From: Nitrosopumilus sp.
GTDB taxonomy: Archaea; Thermoproteota; Nitrososphaeria; Nitrososphaerales; Nitrosopumilaceae
DNA length: 64,000 bases
Direction of reading: 5' to 3'
NCBI GenBank assembly: GCA_965206745.1
Contig: OZ242220.1
Coordinates: 512,001-576,000, forward strand
Part shown: one piece after another, positions 50,088 through 60,451 of the stretch
How positions within the stretch are numbered: the first letter of the stretch is position 1
Layout of the letters: each line of letters begins with the position of its first letter
Made by a program: the position numbers and the translations under genes
Notes under the pieces: generated by a model
What the model was told of the DNA's origin: nothing
Databases searched by the model: none
Seen by the model: only the letters and a program-made list of their open reading frames with translations

Positions 50088-50875
50088 AATTCTGCCTCTT
50101 CTAGTGCCTTTGCACACGAACAGCCTCTAGTTTTGGGAATCATATCTATTAACTCTGCAAGCATTCTCTTTGTCTTCTCCACGTTCCTTGAAAGTGTCCC
50201 AATTACCTCCTTGGCTGTCACCGGCTTTTCTGCCCATACATCATAGTCTGTCACTGTGGATACTGATGCATAGCACATCTGTGCCTCCCTTGCCAGCTGG
50301 CATTCTGGGACTAGTGTCATTCCGATGATATCAGCCCCAGTGGTCTTGTAGAATTTTGACTCGGCCTTTGTAGAGAACCGCGGACCCTCTATGCACACAT
50401 ATGTGCAGTCCCTGTGAATGTGCAAATCCTGCTTTTGAGCTGTCTGGAGAATTGATGACTGTAACTCTGGACAGAACGGTTCTGCCACTGAGATGTGTAT
50501 GACTCTGCCCTCCTCTGAAAATGTTCCGTCTCGGGACTTTGTAAAGTCTATGAACTGTGTGGGTAATGCAAAGTGTCCTGGTTCCAGCTCTTCTTTTAGG
50601 CTTCCCACTGCTGATGGGGCGATGATTCTTGTAACTCCCAACTCTTTGAATGCCCAGATGTTTGCCCTGAAGTTAATCTTGTGCGGTGGTATCGTGTGCT
50701 TTTTTCCGTGTCTGGCAAGAAATGCAATCTTTCTTCCCTTGAAGGTACCGACTGTGATGGTATCAGAAGGCTTCCCATAGGGGGTATCAACGTCAATCTC
50801 TTGGGCATTCTCAAGCAGACCTGAATCATAAATTCCGGTTCCGCCAAAAATCCCTATCTCGATATCCTTTTCCAT
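50084..50875 (-). CDS. mtnP: 5'-methylthioadenosine phosphorylase
   Basis: [32 protein letters not shown]. Confidence 0.94.
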   Translation of the reverse strand: MEKDIEIGIFGGTGIYDSGLLENAQEIDVDTPYGKPSDTITVGTFKGRKIAFLARHGKKHTIPPHKINFRANIWAFKELGVTRIIAPSAVGSLKEELEPGHFALPTQFIDFTKSRDGTFSEEGRVIHISVAEPFCPELQSSILQTAQKQDLHIHRDCTYVCIEGPRFSTKAESKFYKTTGADIIGMTLVPECQLAREAQMCYASVSTVTDYDVWAEKPVTAKEVIGTLSRNVEKTKRMLAELIDMIPKTRGCSCAKALEEAEF

Positions 50876-51387
50876 CAGTACTTTACCAGTGATTTACACT
50901 TGTATTTGGCCAGCCCCTTGATTCCTTTCAGATCGGCCAGTTCTATTATAAATGCAAATCCCGTGATCTCTCCTCCCACCTTCTCAACTAGTTTTGCAGA
51001 TGCCTTTGCCGTACCTCCCGTGGCAAGCAGGTCATCACAAATTAGCACCTTTTCTCCCTCCTTGATGCTGTCTTTTTGGATCTCTATGGTGTCCTTTCCA
51101 TACTCTATGGTATATGCCAGTTTTGCAGTCTTTCCGGGCAATTTGCCTGCCTTCCTTATCATCACCATGCCCTTGTTGTACCTTGAGGCTAGAACAGAGG
51201 CTAGGATGAATCCCCTTGACTCGATTCCGGCAAAGACATCGATGTCATTTGGATGAAAGTATTTTGAGAACTCGTCGGCAACATATGACAATGCCGACGG
51301 ATCCCTTAGAATCGGGCCAAAGTCTCTAAATAAGATTCCTTTTTTGGGGAAATTCGGATGATCTGCTATCTTGTTTTTTAGGTTCAT
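50875..51387 (-). CDS. apt: Adenine phosphoribosyltransferase
   Basis: [33 protein letters not shown]. Confidence 0.95.
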   Translation of the reverse strand: MNLKNKIADHPNFPKKGILFRDFGPILRDPSALSYVADEFSKYFHPNDIDVFAGIESRGFILASVLASRYNKGMVMIRKAGKLPGKTAKLAYTIEYGKDTIEIQKDSIKEGEKVLICDDLLATGGTAKASAKLVEKVGGEITGFAFIIELADLKGIKGLAKYKCKSLVKY

Positions 51388-51426
51388 GATGTCTTCCCCA
51401 ACTAGGTAAGATAAAATTGTTTGATA

Positions 51427-53610
51427 TTATGTGATCTCAAATGTCGTCTCTGCCGAACTCGACGAATCGGCAGTCTTGATGGTATATGTTCCCGGACTGA
51501 TATCCTTTGGAATCTTCCATGGCAGCTCAATTACACCCTCCTTTGATGCTTGGAATGCAAGTTCCTCTATGACCTTTCCATCTACTGCCACGATCTCAAT
51601 CTGGACTGTGTTTGCAGCCCCTATAACATGAATGGTGATAAAGTCGCTGACCTTGTCGAGTTTTGGCTTGTATATTGCTGAGACTGTCATTCCGTCTGAT
51701 ACTGTGCTGCCTAGTACCTCTATCTTTACATTGTCAAAGGTTGATCCGCTCTTTGCGTTGATCGTCCATATTCCTGGGGTCGCCTCTGATGGAATCCTGA
51801 ATGTGTCCTCAGAGATCTTTTTATTTTTATCTGAGAATGTCTCTTTAACCTTGATGACATTTCCATTAGGATCAGTCATGGTTATTGTGATCAGGACGTT
51901 GGGTCCGGTTTCACCCAAAATCAATACCTGGTCTCCTGGACGGTATTCTATCTTTGTCGTATTGATGTCAATCTCGCGTGAACCTGCCCCTAGACCTACC
52001 GTGAAGATCTCTCTGCTTTGGGCACTGCCTTTGTTGACTATTACATGGTATATCCCTGATCCATATCCTGTCAGATCTATGGAATGTGAAGCGCGGCCAT
52101 TAAGTTGCAGCGTGATTGATGTCGCATTGGCAACTGGCTTGTCAGAAGGATTCAAAATTAACAGGCTGACAATCTCTGATGGCTCCCCTGACAGGCTTAC
52201 TATTGCCGTCTCCCCTCCCTTGTAATTCAACTTGTCTAATTCCACGCCGACAGGAATTACTGGTAATTGTCCGAGTCCCACGTAAATGACCTCCTTTAGG
52301 TCTCCCTGTGTCGCAGTTAGCTTGTATGTTCCTTCTGGCATGTTGTGAGTTATTGGGAATTCAAATGTTACATGGCCTAAATCATCTGTCTTTTTGATAT
52401 CTGATGCCGCCTCGTTTCCAAGCGGATCCTCTAGTGCTATCTCAATTGATTTGTTTGGCAATGCCGTACCGTTAAACCTCATGGTTTCTCCCGGATCAAA
52501 TCTTATTGTAGTCGAGGATATGGTGATCATTTTATCTGTTCCAACGGTCCAGCCAACTTGTATGCTTTCCCTGCCGTCAGAAATCACTGCACTGTATGTG
52601 CCAAATGGCGTATCTGGTGCCACTAGTATCGGCTCATCCACTTTCCAATCGCCTTTGTTGTTTATCTCAGCTGGCCTTGTATTGATCACCTCTCCATCCG
52701 GGGTGGTGATATCTACAGTTATCGCACCATTTGGATTTCCGGTTCCTGATACCTCCAAGTATGACCCTCTGTAAACCATATCTGGAATTCCTTTAACCGT
52801 TAGTGGGATGCTATCAGACGATGGAATTCTGTTAACATTTTCTCCTATTCTGATGCTCATCTTCTTCTCTTCTCCGTCTGATGCCCTGATCTTTAAATCT
52901 GCTCTGTCTGCCTTTTGATCATCTGGAATCTCAACTGTTTCCATAAAGTGGCCATTCTCATCTGTCTCAAAGGTGTCTATTTTTTTTGAATCAATGTAAA
53001 ACTCCAACTCTTGCAATGGCCCAAAGTTGCTTCCTGTCACCCTGATTGACGAGCCTACATTTGGTTTCTCTGGAACTATTCTAAATACCGATTCATTAGT
53101 CATGCTGTTTTCAGGATCCATTGGTGTTGGATCCGGTTTTGGGTCTGGCTTTGGATCAGGTTTTGGATCCGGCTGTTGATTTTTACCTGTTGATGATAAC
53201 TCTTTTGCAATAGCTGTTCCGGTACCGACCAGTGCATCTTTGCTGTCAAGTGCCTTCCAATTGATTTGGGCATTTGACTTGTCTGTCTTTACTCCAAACT
53301 TTACTGATTCCCCGGGCTTGATGGATTCTGATGCTGTAAAGACAACGACACCTAGGGGATTCTTCTCACCTGTCCATCCTTTTTCAGTTTTAAATGATTC
53401 TATATTAAAATCGGATCCGACCCAGATTCTTAAAGTATTGACTTGTCCTGTTGAATCGTTTGATAACTCCAATATTGACGTCTCCTCTAGGGAGATGCTT
53501 GAAATTGATGCTTCCTGACCATAAACATTTGATGTAAGTAAGGCAATCGAGAACAATAATGCGACTGAAAGGAAAATTCCTCTCATAGAGGATCTATTCA
53601 TGTAACTCAA
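51427..53610 (-). CDS. Secreted/surface protein with repeated beta-sandwich domains
   Basis: Signal peptide, (PDPK)n linker at ~53128-53172, repeated GTY/GIY/GIW strands. Confidence 0.75.
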   Translation of the reverse strand: MSYMNRSSMRGIFLSVALLFSIALLTSNVYGQEASISSISLEETSILELSNDSTGQVNTLRIWVGSDFNIESFKTEKGWTGEKNPLGVVVFTASESIKPGESVKFGVKTDKSNAQINWKALDSKDALVGTGTAIAKELSSTGKNQQPDPKPDPKPDPKPDPTPMDPENSMTNESVFRIVPEKPNVGSSIRVTGSNFGPLQELEFYIDSKKIDTFETDENGHFMETVEIPDDQKADRADLKIRASDGEEKKMSIRIGENVNRIPSSDSIPLTVKGIPDMVYRGSYLEVSGTGNPNGAITVDITTPDGEVINTRPAEINNKGDWKVDEPILVAPDTPFGTYSAVISDGRESIQVGWTVGTDKMITISSTTIRFDPGETMRFNGTALPNKSIEIALEDPLGNEAASDIKKTDDLGHVTFEFPITHNMPEGTYKLTATQGDLKEVIYVGLGQLPVIPVGVELDKLNYKGGETAIVSLSGEPSEIVSLLILNPSDKPVANATSITLQLNGRASHSIDLTGYGSGIYHVIVNKGSAQSREIFTVGLGAGSREIDINTTKIEYRPGDQVLILGETGPNVLITITMTDPNGNVIKVKETFSDKNKKISEDTFRIPSEATPGIWTINAKSGSTFDNVKIEVLGSTVSDGMTVSAIYKPKLDKVSDFITIHVIGAANTVQIEIVAVDGKVIEELAFQASKEGVIELPWKIPKDISPGTYTIKTADSSSSAETTFEIT

Positions 53611-53690
53611 TCTTCATCTCTCTCACTTAAAGTATTCTTCACTTTTCTATTTCTCAATTTAGTATCCATCATGGGTAAAGTTATTAAATC

Positions 53691-55784
53691 TCAAGGCTTG
53701 GCCCTTTGAAATTTGTCCAAGTCTGATTTTGCAACTGCATTTTGATATTGTCTGATCCGCTCGGCAATTAGCCTATATAGTGACCTGAATTGATCCTTTG
53801 TTTTGTCTGATAGGAAATCTGTCTCCTCAAGGGTTATCTTCTCACAGATGTACCTGGTTATCTCCTCATTGTCAAACTCTTCCCAGTCCTCCTCCCTGTG
53901 TTCCTGCCATATCTTTCTTAGCTTCTCCAAAATCCCCTTTCCCTCCTTTGATGTGACCTCTTGGGGTGTGATGTTTGAAAAACCCTCATGCCTTAACTTT
54001 ATCTCATAAGTCTGATTTACCGGATACAGATAATCCTCGAGATCTATATAGTCCTCAATTGATTCGAGCTTTTTCCCTTCATGTTCAAAGAATATGGTCT
54101 GAATGGATGAAAATTCATTTGACTCTAGCTGAGATGAGATCTGTTTTGACTCCTCAGAGTTATCTAGCAGAACAAATGTTCTATACCCGTGGTTCCTGTA
54201 AAAGATTGCCAAAGGCAGAACTGAATTTTTGTTATAGGCTGCAACCACGTTAAGTGGGTTCATTGAGATGTTTGGATCTTGCAGGAATTTGTCAAAGGCA
54301 TTAAGATACATGGAATCAGACATTGTCTCGACTATGATGATTGGTCTGGAGTTTGTACCTATCTCCCTATCCACGATTGATTCTACCTGACCTCTACACA
54401 GGCCATACAGGATTGGCGTTAATGTTTTGTCATCTGCATTCCAATAATCATAAAAGATCCTGCTGAGATGTTTTCTCTTGTCTAGTTCTACAACCAGCAG
54501 GTTGCCTGGTGTATAGTCAAATATCATAAATGGTGAGTGTGTCGCATACAATACCTGGTTTGATCCTGCCAAATTTTTCAACAAATCCGAGATTCCCATC
54601 TGCTGTGTCGGATGCAGGTTTCTTGCCGGTTCGTCCAAAAGCAATATTGCCTCTTTCAACTCTGCCCTCTGTGTCTCTGCTGCAAAGTTTACGATAAATG
54701 AAAATGTCCACTTGAAGCCTTCTGCCCTTCTGTTTAGCAGGCCCGTGTTTGTGATGGTTCCGTCTCTGTGCACATCAGAAATTATCACACTCATTATGTT
54801 TCCTGGGTTGTACCTCAGGTCAACGTGAATCGGATCCCCCTTCCAAGCTGGATTTAGTTTTTTAGTTAGTCTGTTGCTTGCCGCATTGAGAAGCTTGATG
54901 CATTTGGAAGGACTTTTTTTTACCTCGTCTAGTTCTTTAATGTCCAGTTCTGCCAAGTAGAACAGGTTTCTTACTGTCTCGGCCTTGTCAAACTCTTCTA
55001 CAAACTCGATTGAATCTGGACGTTCGCCTCTCTCCTCTCTTAGGTATTCGTTGAGATTGATGTTGCCGTAGATTTTTTTATAATCTGAAAAGTATACGAA
55101 TCTTGGATGTAATTCTGCTGCAATAAAGTTCTGCAGTGCGGTTTTATCACTCTCACCCCTTAGAAGATTTGAAAATTGGTTTTCAGGACTTTTATAGATC
55201 TTGCCCCACTCTTCTATCACCTTTGGTTCTTGTATGGCTATTACGTGAAATTGATTGCTAAACTCTGCCATCTGAGCATCAAAAGTTTCCTGATTCTTGG
55301 GGGCATCTTCTTCAAAGATTTTTGTATCCACTTGTATCCTTAGATGGTTTGGTATGGTGTCCAAAAATCCAAATATTCTCCTTGAAAAGTTTTCCCATGA
55401 ATTAAGGCCCTTGTTCTCGTTCTCACTAAGTTCGATGTTTTCAAACTCATACTGCACTCTGGGATTTTGGTTCGTTCTAAACAACTTGATCTTTTTAATC
55501 TCCGGCAGTCCTGGAAACTTCTCCTTGATGATGCCGACCTCGTTTTCACTCAGGTCAAAATCCCCCTCTGCCAGCCTCATCTCCTCTTTTAGTTCCTCAT
55601 TCATCTCATCACAGAGATCCAACTCTGAAACTTGCTCGTCCCTGTTTAGCAGGGTCAGTGCTTGAAGGATCGTAGTCTTTCCGCTCTCGTTTCTACCTAC
55701 AAACGCTGCCAAATCTCCAACCGTAATTTCTCCAGAGTCATGAATGCAACGATATGCCCTGACTCTGAATTTTCTAAGTCGCAT
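53691..55784 (-). CDS. OLD-like ABC/AAA ATPase
   Basis: GRNESGKTT, LLLDEP..LHP..Q, ATHSPF; C-terminal TOPRIM-like IIVETMSD. Confidence 0.82.
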   Translation of the reverse strand: MRLRKFRVRAYRCIHDSGEITVGDLAAFVGRNESGKTTILQALTLLNRDEQVSELDLCDEMNEELKEEMRLAEGDFDLSENEVGIIKEKFPGLPEIKKIKLFRTNQNPRVQYEFENIELSENENKGLNSWENFSRRIFGFLDTIPNHLRIQVDTKIFEEDAPKNQETFDAQMAEFSNQFHVIAIQEPKVIEEWGKIYKSPENQFSNLLRGESDKTALQNFIAAELHPRFVYFSDYKKIYGNINLNEYLREERGERPDSIEFVEEFDKAETVRNLFYLAELDIKELDEVKKSPSKCIKLLNAASNRLTKKLNPAWKGDPIHVDLRYNPGNIMSVIISDVHRDGTITNTGLLNRRAEGFKWTFSFIVNFAAETQRAELKEAILLLDEPARNLHPTQQMGISDLLKNLAGSNQVLYATHSPFMIFDYTPGNLLVVELDKRKHLSRIFYDYWNADDKTLTPILYGLCRGQVESIVDREIGTNSRPIIIVETMSDSMYLNAFDKFLQDPNISMNPLNVVAAYNKNSVLPLAIFYRNHGYRTFVLLDNSEESKQISSQLESNEFSSIQTIFFEHEGKKLESIEDYIDLEDYLYPVNQTYEIKLRHEGFSNITPQEVTSKEGKGILEKLRKIWQEHREEDWEEFDNEEITRYICEKITLEETDFLSDKTKDQFRSLYRLIAERIRQYQNAVAKSDLDKFQRAKP

Positions 55785-55888
55785 CTAGCGATATTTAGTC
55801 GGCTACGATTTAACTCATTCGTCAAAACAATTTTCACCTTTGAAATCCTGCTAAATAGATATAAGGGAATTGTGGATTTTAAAACAAA

Positions 55889-56353
55889 ATGGCTACTAAG
55901 CAAGTTTTGATTGTATTTGTTTTGCCTGTAATTATATCAGTAATATTTGGTTCAGCAGTATTCTCTGATATTCTTCAAAACCCTGATAGGGAATTAAAGC
56001 CCTGGTCAATATCGTCTCCTCAGGCAGCTCCTGCTAGTAGCACTTTGATTGAGATTATGGGACTATCTGCACAATATTCCACCTCTGAACCCGTCGAAAT
56101 TCAAGTAAAAATCTCTGATTCGTCATTTGACTGTGGGGACTTGTACATTACGATATATTCTTTGCCAGACAAGACTCCCGTCACACAAGGCGGATTCTTT
56201 GAACAGTGTCTAGAGTCCGGAAATAAAGTTATTCCTATTGGGGATGAATTCTCCAAACTAGTTGATATTCCCGGCTCATATGAAATAACTGCTGAAATGA
56301 TCTCAAAACAGTTAACGAATATCTCTACCAAAGGAACATTTACTGTTAAATAG
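55889..56353 (+). CDS. Membrane-anchored hypothetical protein
   Basis: N-terminal TM helix and a beta-rich domain. Confidence 0.65.
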   Translation: MATKQVLIVFVLPVIISVIFGSAVFSDILQNPDRELKPWSISSPQAAPASSTLIEIMGLSAQYSTSEPVEIQVKISDSSFDCGDLYITIYSLPDKTPVTQGGFFEQCLESGNKVIPIGDEFSKLVDIPGSYEITAEMISKQLTNISTKGTFTVK

Positions 56354-56404
56354 GAATGAAATGTTGTTGATAGATAAGGTATTGAATTTAAAAAGCAAGG
56401 TGAT

Positions 56405-57373
56405 TTGATGACAAATAAAAAAGATGCTCTAATTGAAGCAGATAAAATCAAGGCAGAGCTCAATAAATTAAAAAAGAAAGTTTCTGCTTTATCAACTACA
56501 AAAAAGAGTACGAAAAAATCAGATGCAAAGTCTGTCAAAAAGACTGTAAAAAAATCCGATGAAAAACCTACAAAAAAGAGTACGAAAAAATCAGATGCAA
56601 AGTCTGTCAAAAAGACTGTAAAAAAATCCGATGATAAAACTATAAAGAAGACTCTGAAAAAATCTGATGCAAAAACTACAAAGAAATCCGATACAAAGCC
56701 TGCAAAAAAATCTAATGAGAAACCTACAAAAAAGAGTACGAAAAAATCAGACGCAAAGTCTACAAAAAAGCCTGCAAAGAAATCAGATGCAAAGTCTACA
56801 AAGAAGGGCACAAAGAAAACAGATGCAAAGCCTGCAAAGAAGCCTGTAAAAAAAGCTGTGAAAAAGGTCGTTGTAAAGCCAGTCAAAGTAAAAAAATTAA
56901 CTAAAAAAGAATTAGAGGAGATTAAAAGAATAGAGGAATTAACCCTTGAGGAGGAATTAGAAGAACAACTATCTGATGAGGAAATTGAAAATTTCCAAAT
57001 AGAAAAAGTTGACATGGAAAGACTGACAAACAAAGTCTGCGATATTTTAGCCGAGAAGGAGTCCGATGGAATGCTTCAGGGCGAGCTGTGGAAGAAACTC
57101 AAACTTACAAACCAGATTGGTTCTCGTTTGGCCTTAAAACTTGAAAGAATGGGTACGATTACTAGGGAGAAACTTCTTGAGAATAATCGCTGGACTTACA
57201 AATTAATTTTAAAGAAAACCCCAATCAGTACACAATCAATTGAACGTGCGCCATGTCTGGTTTGTCCTGTGGAACAGAAATGTTCCCTTGACGGTGAGAT
57301 CAGTCCTACCACTTGCCAACTAATTGAGGATTGGGTAATTGCCGAGATGAAAAAACCTGTGAAGGCCAAATGA
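56405..57373 (+). CDS. RPC34/TFE-beta homolog with Lys-rich N-terminal extension
   Basis: wHTH (GMLQGELWKKLKL..LERMGTITRE) plus CLVCPVEQKC..ISPTTC..EDW, the four-Cys Fe-S motif of C34/TFE-beta. Confidence 0.72.
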   Translation: MMTNKKDALIEADKIKAELNKLKKKVSALSTTKKSTKKSDAKSVKKTVKKSDEKPTKKSTKKSDAKSVKKTVKKSDDKTIKKTLKKSDAKTTKKSDTKPAKKSNEKPTKKSTKKSDAKSTKKPAKKSDAKSTKKGTKKTDAKPAKKPVKKAVKKVVVKPVKVKKLTKKELEEIKRIEELTLEEELEEQLSDEEIENFQIEKVDMERLTNKVCDILAEKESDGMLQGELWKKLKLTNQIGSRLALKLERMGTITREKLLENNRWTYKLILKKTPISTQSIERAPCLVCPVEQKCSLDGEISPTTCQLIEDWVIAEMKKPVKAK

Positions 57374-57963
57374 AACTAGCAGATGCGCGCAAGGATCACT
57401 ATCGTAGACTGGCTCATGAACAAGGGTTTCGAAGCAGGGCCGCATTCAAACTACAAGAGTTAAACAAATCATACAGACTCATAGGTCCCGGTTTTAACGT
57501 ACTGGATCTCGGATGTGCACCGGGAGGCTGGTCCCAGATGGCTATGAAGTTGGTTGGAAATCAGGGCAAGGTAATGGGGGTTGACTTGGCCTATGTTGAA
57601 GAAATTTCCGGGGTCCACATCATTAGGGAGAACATTGAAGACGAGCATGTCGTTGATGAGGTGATGTCCTATTTCGGGCGCAAAGTCAACGCCGTAATCT
57701 GTGATTTGTCCCCTCAGGTAAGCGGAAATTGGTCCGTTGATCACGCCAAGCAGATTTCATTAAATTACGACTGTACAAAAATTCTAGAGAAGGTCCTAGC
57801 GCATAAAGGCAATGCCGTCTTTAAGCTTTTTGATGGTGAATTCTCTATGGAATTTAGGGACTATATCAAGAAGAAATTCGTAAGGGTCAACCTTACAAAA
57901 CCTGATGCAAGCAGGAAACAAAGCAGTGAGTTGTACCTTGTCTGCCTGGGTTTTATTGGATAG
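57370..57963 (+). CDS. rlmE: 23S rRNA Um2552 methyltransferase (RlmE/FtsJ)
   Basis: FRSRAAFKL, DLGCAPGGWSQ, KP..SR..SSELY; ATG at 57370. Confidence 0.94.
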   Translation: MKLADARKDHYRRLAHEQGFRSRAAFKLQELNKSYRLIGPGFNVLDLGCAPGGWSQMAMKLVGNQGKVMGVDLAYVEEISGVHIIRENIEDEHVVDEVMSYFGRKVNAVICDLSPQVSGNWSVDHAKQISLNYDCTKILEKVLAHKGNAVFKLFDGEFSMEFRDYIKKKFVRVNLTKPDASRKQSSELYLVCLGFIG

Positions 57964-59101
57964 TCCCAAAGATCTCTATTATCTCTGCGATGTTGGCATT
58001 GGTTCTAAAGCCTGTCGGATCAAATGCCGTGACGCTGGCCAAAAAGTTGTTTTCCCGCAGGCTTGCAATTGCTTTTTCTAACTTTGGCGGCGATGATTTC
58101 ATTGTCGATGCAACCTCATCTACTGTAAAATACATTGCTGGCATCTCTGACTCTTCCAGACATTTGCAGAGTATCTTCTCGCATGATTTGTCTGTCTCCA
58201 ATCTGGAATTCTCCTCTGACATGTTTTCTACAAACTCCCTGTCAAAAATTCTCCCTATCCACAGTGGTCCGCCCACGCTTACTGCTGATCTGCACAGTTC
58301 GCATTCCTGCTCCTGTTCTAATGCAGTCTTTCTGTGACCGCACTCTTTGCAATGTAATATGTATCCAATATTCTCCTTTTGATCTGGCCTGTTCCTGACC
58401 TTGACGTATGTTCTATAGTAGTGCATCTCGCTTTCAACAAACATTGGAACTATCTCTACTCCTAGCCTTGCAGCTACCGCTCTTAGGGAACCTAGAATCA
58501 ATCTGATTGCAATCTCATCCCCGTACTCTGTCCTCACTGGGACTCCCCCGTATCTTCTCCTGCATGCGCCCTGAAAGAGGCCATTTAGAACCTGAAGATC
58601 CGTGGCTGCAGTTGAGAGTATCCCTCCATGCATCGTTGCCCTGATCCCGCAGTCAAAGAATGCTGCAGGTGAGCCAAACGGATCAATGTCCACAATCGAT
58701 CCCCGTTCTCCTTTCTTTGAATGATCACTGAAAAACCTGCATGCCTCTTTTTCGGAAAACTCGATATTTTTTATTCCGTTGAGTCCCGCTGAGTGCTGCG
58801 CCATTTTGAGGGCAGACGGGTTTAGATCGTTTATCCTGATTTTGTCGATTCCTAGCTCATTTGCAACCCGCAATCCTCTAGCACCAATGCCAGAAAGACC
58901 CTCCAGGAAAATTTTTGGACCTTCAAATTTGCCAAGAAATGCAGCGTATGCAATTATCGAAAAATCCCTATTCATTTTTGCCCTTGGATTGAAAAATGCC
59001 GGCTTCTTTGGAGGCACTTTCTCCGTGATTGATTTTTTTGGAACAACAAGTTTTGTACTGCCTTCAATTATTTCTTGAAAAATTTCACCCGTAAATTCCA
59101 A
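57953..59101 (-). CDS. trm1: tRNA (guanine26-N2)-dimethyltransferase
   Basis: FFNP..NRD, GARGLR, ND, DIDPFGSP, TATD, GPLW. Confidence 0.93.
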   Translation of the reverse strand: MEFTGEIFQEIIEGSTKLVVPKKSITEKVPPKKPAFFNPRAKMNRDFSIIAYAAFLGKFEGPKIFLEGLSGIGARGLRVANELGIDKIRINDLNPSALKMAQHSAGLNGIKNIEFSEKEACRFFSDHSKKGERGSIVDIDPFGSPAAFFDCGIRATMHGGILSTAATDLQVLNGLFQGACRRRYGGVPVRTEYGDEIAIRLILGSLRAVAARLGVEIVPMFVESEMHYYRTYVKVRNRPDQKENIGYILHCKECGHRKTALEQEQECELCRSAVSVGGPLWIGRIFDREFVENMSEENSRLETDKSCEKILCKCLEESEMPAMYFTVDEVASTMKSSPPKLEKAIASLRENNFLASVTAFDPTGFRTNANIAEIIEIFGTIQ

Positions 59102-59161
59102 CTGTTTTTCAATCTTTCTTAACGTATAACGGTTTAATACTTGTGTTTTTAGACAAAACTC

Positions 59162-59776
59162 GTGCAGGTTTGCGGTATTGATGATGCTGGGCGTGGTCCC
59201 ATGCTGGGTCCCTTGGTGATAGCTGGGGTATTACTGGAGAAAAAAAACATAAAAAAATTAAACGCCTTGGGCGTAAAGGACTCAAAAAGACTTACTCCTA
59301 GATCACGCGAGGATCTATACAAAAAGATTATTGAAATCGTGGATGATTACCATATTGCAAAAATCCCTCCCAGATCAATTGATGCTAGTGTAAAGAAGCA
59401 CCGTCTAAATGATTTGGAGGCAAAATACATGGCAAAGGTCGTCTCAAAACTGAATCCTGATGTCTCCTATGTTGACTCGTGCGATGTCAATCCGGCCAGA
59501 TTTGGAAGGACAATCTCTGAACTCTCTGAGAATCACAAGATCAGGTCATACCATCGTGCAGATAGCAGATTCGTCGTGGTGTCTGCAGCGTCTATTCTTG
59601 CTAAAGTGACTAGGGATAGGGTAATTATGAAGTTAAGGAAGGATCATAATTTGGGCAGCGGATATCCGTCTGATTCCACAACTGTGAAATTCGTCACGAA
59701 ATATTACAAAAAGAACCGTGAGATGCCTAAATTTGTGCGTAAAAGTTGGAAGCCTGTACAGAGAATAATGGCGTAA
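59162..59776 (+). CDS. rnhB: Ribonuclease HII
   Basis: GIDDAGRGPMLGP, DSKRL, SAASILAKVTRD, GSGYPSD. Confidence 0.94.
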   Translation: MQVCGIDDAGRGPMLGPLVIAGVLLEKKNIKKLNALGVKDSKRLTPRSREDLYKKIIEIVDDYHIAKIPPRSIDASVKKHRLNDLEAKYMAKVVSKLNPDVSYVDSCDVNPARFGRTISELSENHKIRSYHRADSRFVVVSAASILAKVTRDRVIMKLRKDHNLGSGYPSDSTTVKFVTKYYKKNREMPKFVRKSWKPVQRIMA

Positions 59777-60451
59777 CTAGTCTTTGAATTTTGCAATCAC
59801 CATTGCATGGTCTTTGTCATAGGGGTGAAGATCTATGATTTGCAATACATCAAACTTTGGTTTTAGCTTCTCCACTTCTCCATCAACAATTCTTTTTGGC
59901 GCTTTTGTGACATCGATACTTCTAGTTTTAATGACTAGAAAAAAGTAACCGCTTTTTTTTAGATACATTTGGCAGTTGTCTATGGCAATCTTTGTTTGAT
60001 CTGGCTGCGCAATGTCGACATAGACGACATCTACCTTTCCAAATACCGAAAAGTATTCCTTTGGCCTTCTTGCATCTTGCAGAATCGGTATGATGTTTTT
60101 TCTGTACGATACGACTCTGTCTAGGAAATCCCTTGCAACTCTGCTTGCATGTTCCACTCCAAAAACTATTCCATTGGGTCCTACAATATCTGATATGTGG
60201 CTGACTGTGGTTCCAGTAGATGCCCCCAAGTACAAAATCTTACTTTTGTTTTCAAAAGGAAAATAGTCCAATCCGTTTATTATTGATGCCGCTAACTTAC
60301 TTCTGAATGGATCCCATAGCCTGTATTCAATTCCTTTCTTGATGATTAATTTTTCCTTGTAAACTTCATTTCCTGGAACCATGTTTTCTGTAGCTAGTTT
60401 TTTCTGCCCTTCAGACTTGATCCAAAAAAATGATTGATTATCTTCTTCCAA
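59777..60451 (-). CDS. flpA: Fibrillarin (box C/D 2'-O-methyltransferase); probable TTG start at 60451
   Basis: YRLWDPFRSKLAA, LYLGASTGTTVSHISD, DIAQPDQ. Confidence 0.94.
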   Translation of the reverse strand: MEEDNQSFFWIKSEGQKKLATENMVPGNEVYKEKLIIKKGIEYRLWDPFRSKLAASIINGLDYFPFENKSKILYLGASTGTTVSHISDIVGPNGIVFGVEHASRVARDFLDRVVSYRKNIIPILQDARRPKEYFSVFGKVDVVYVDIAQPDQTKIAIDNCQMYLKKSGYFFLVIKTRSIDVTKAPKRIVDGEVEKLKPKFDVLQIIDLHPYDKDHAMVIAKFKD

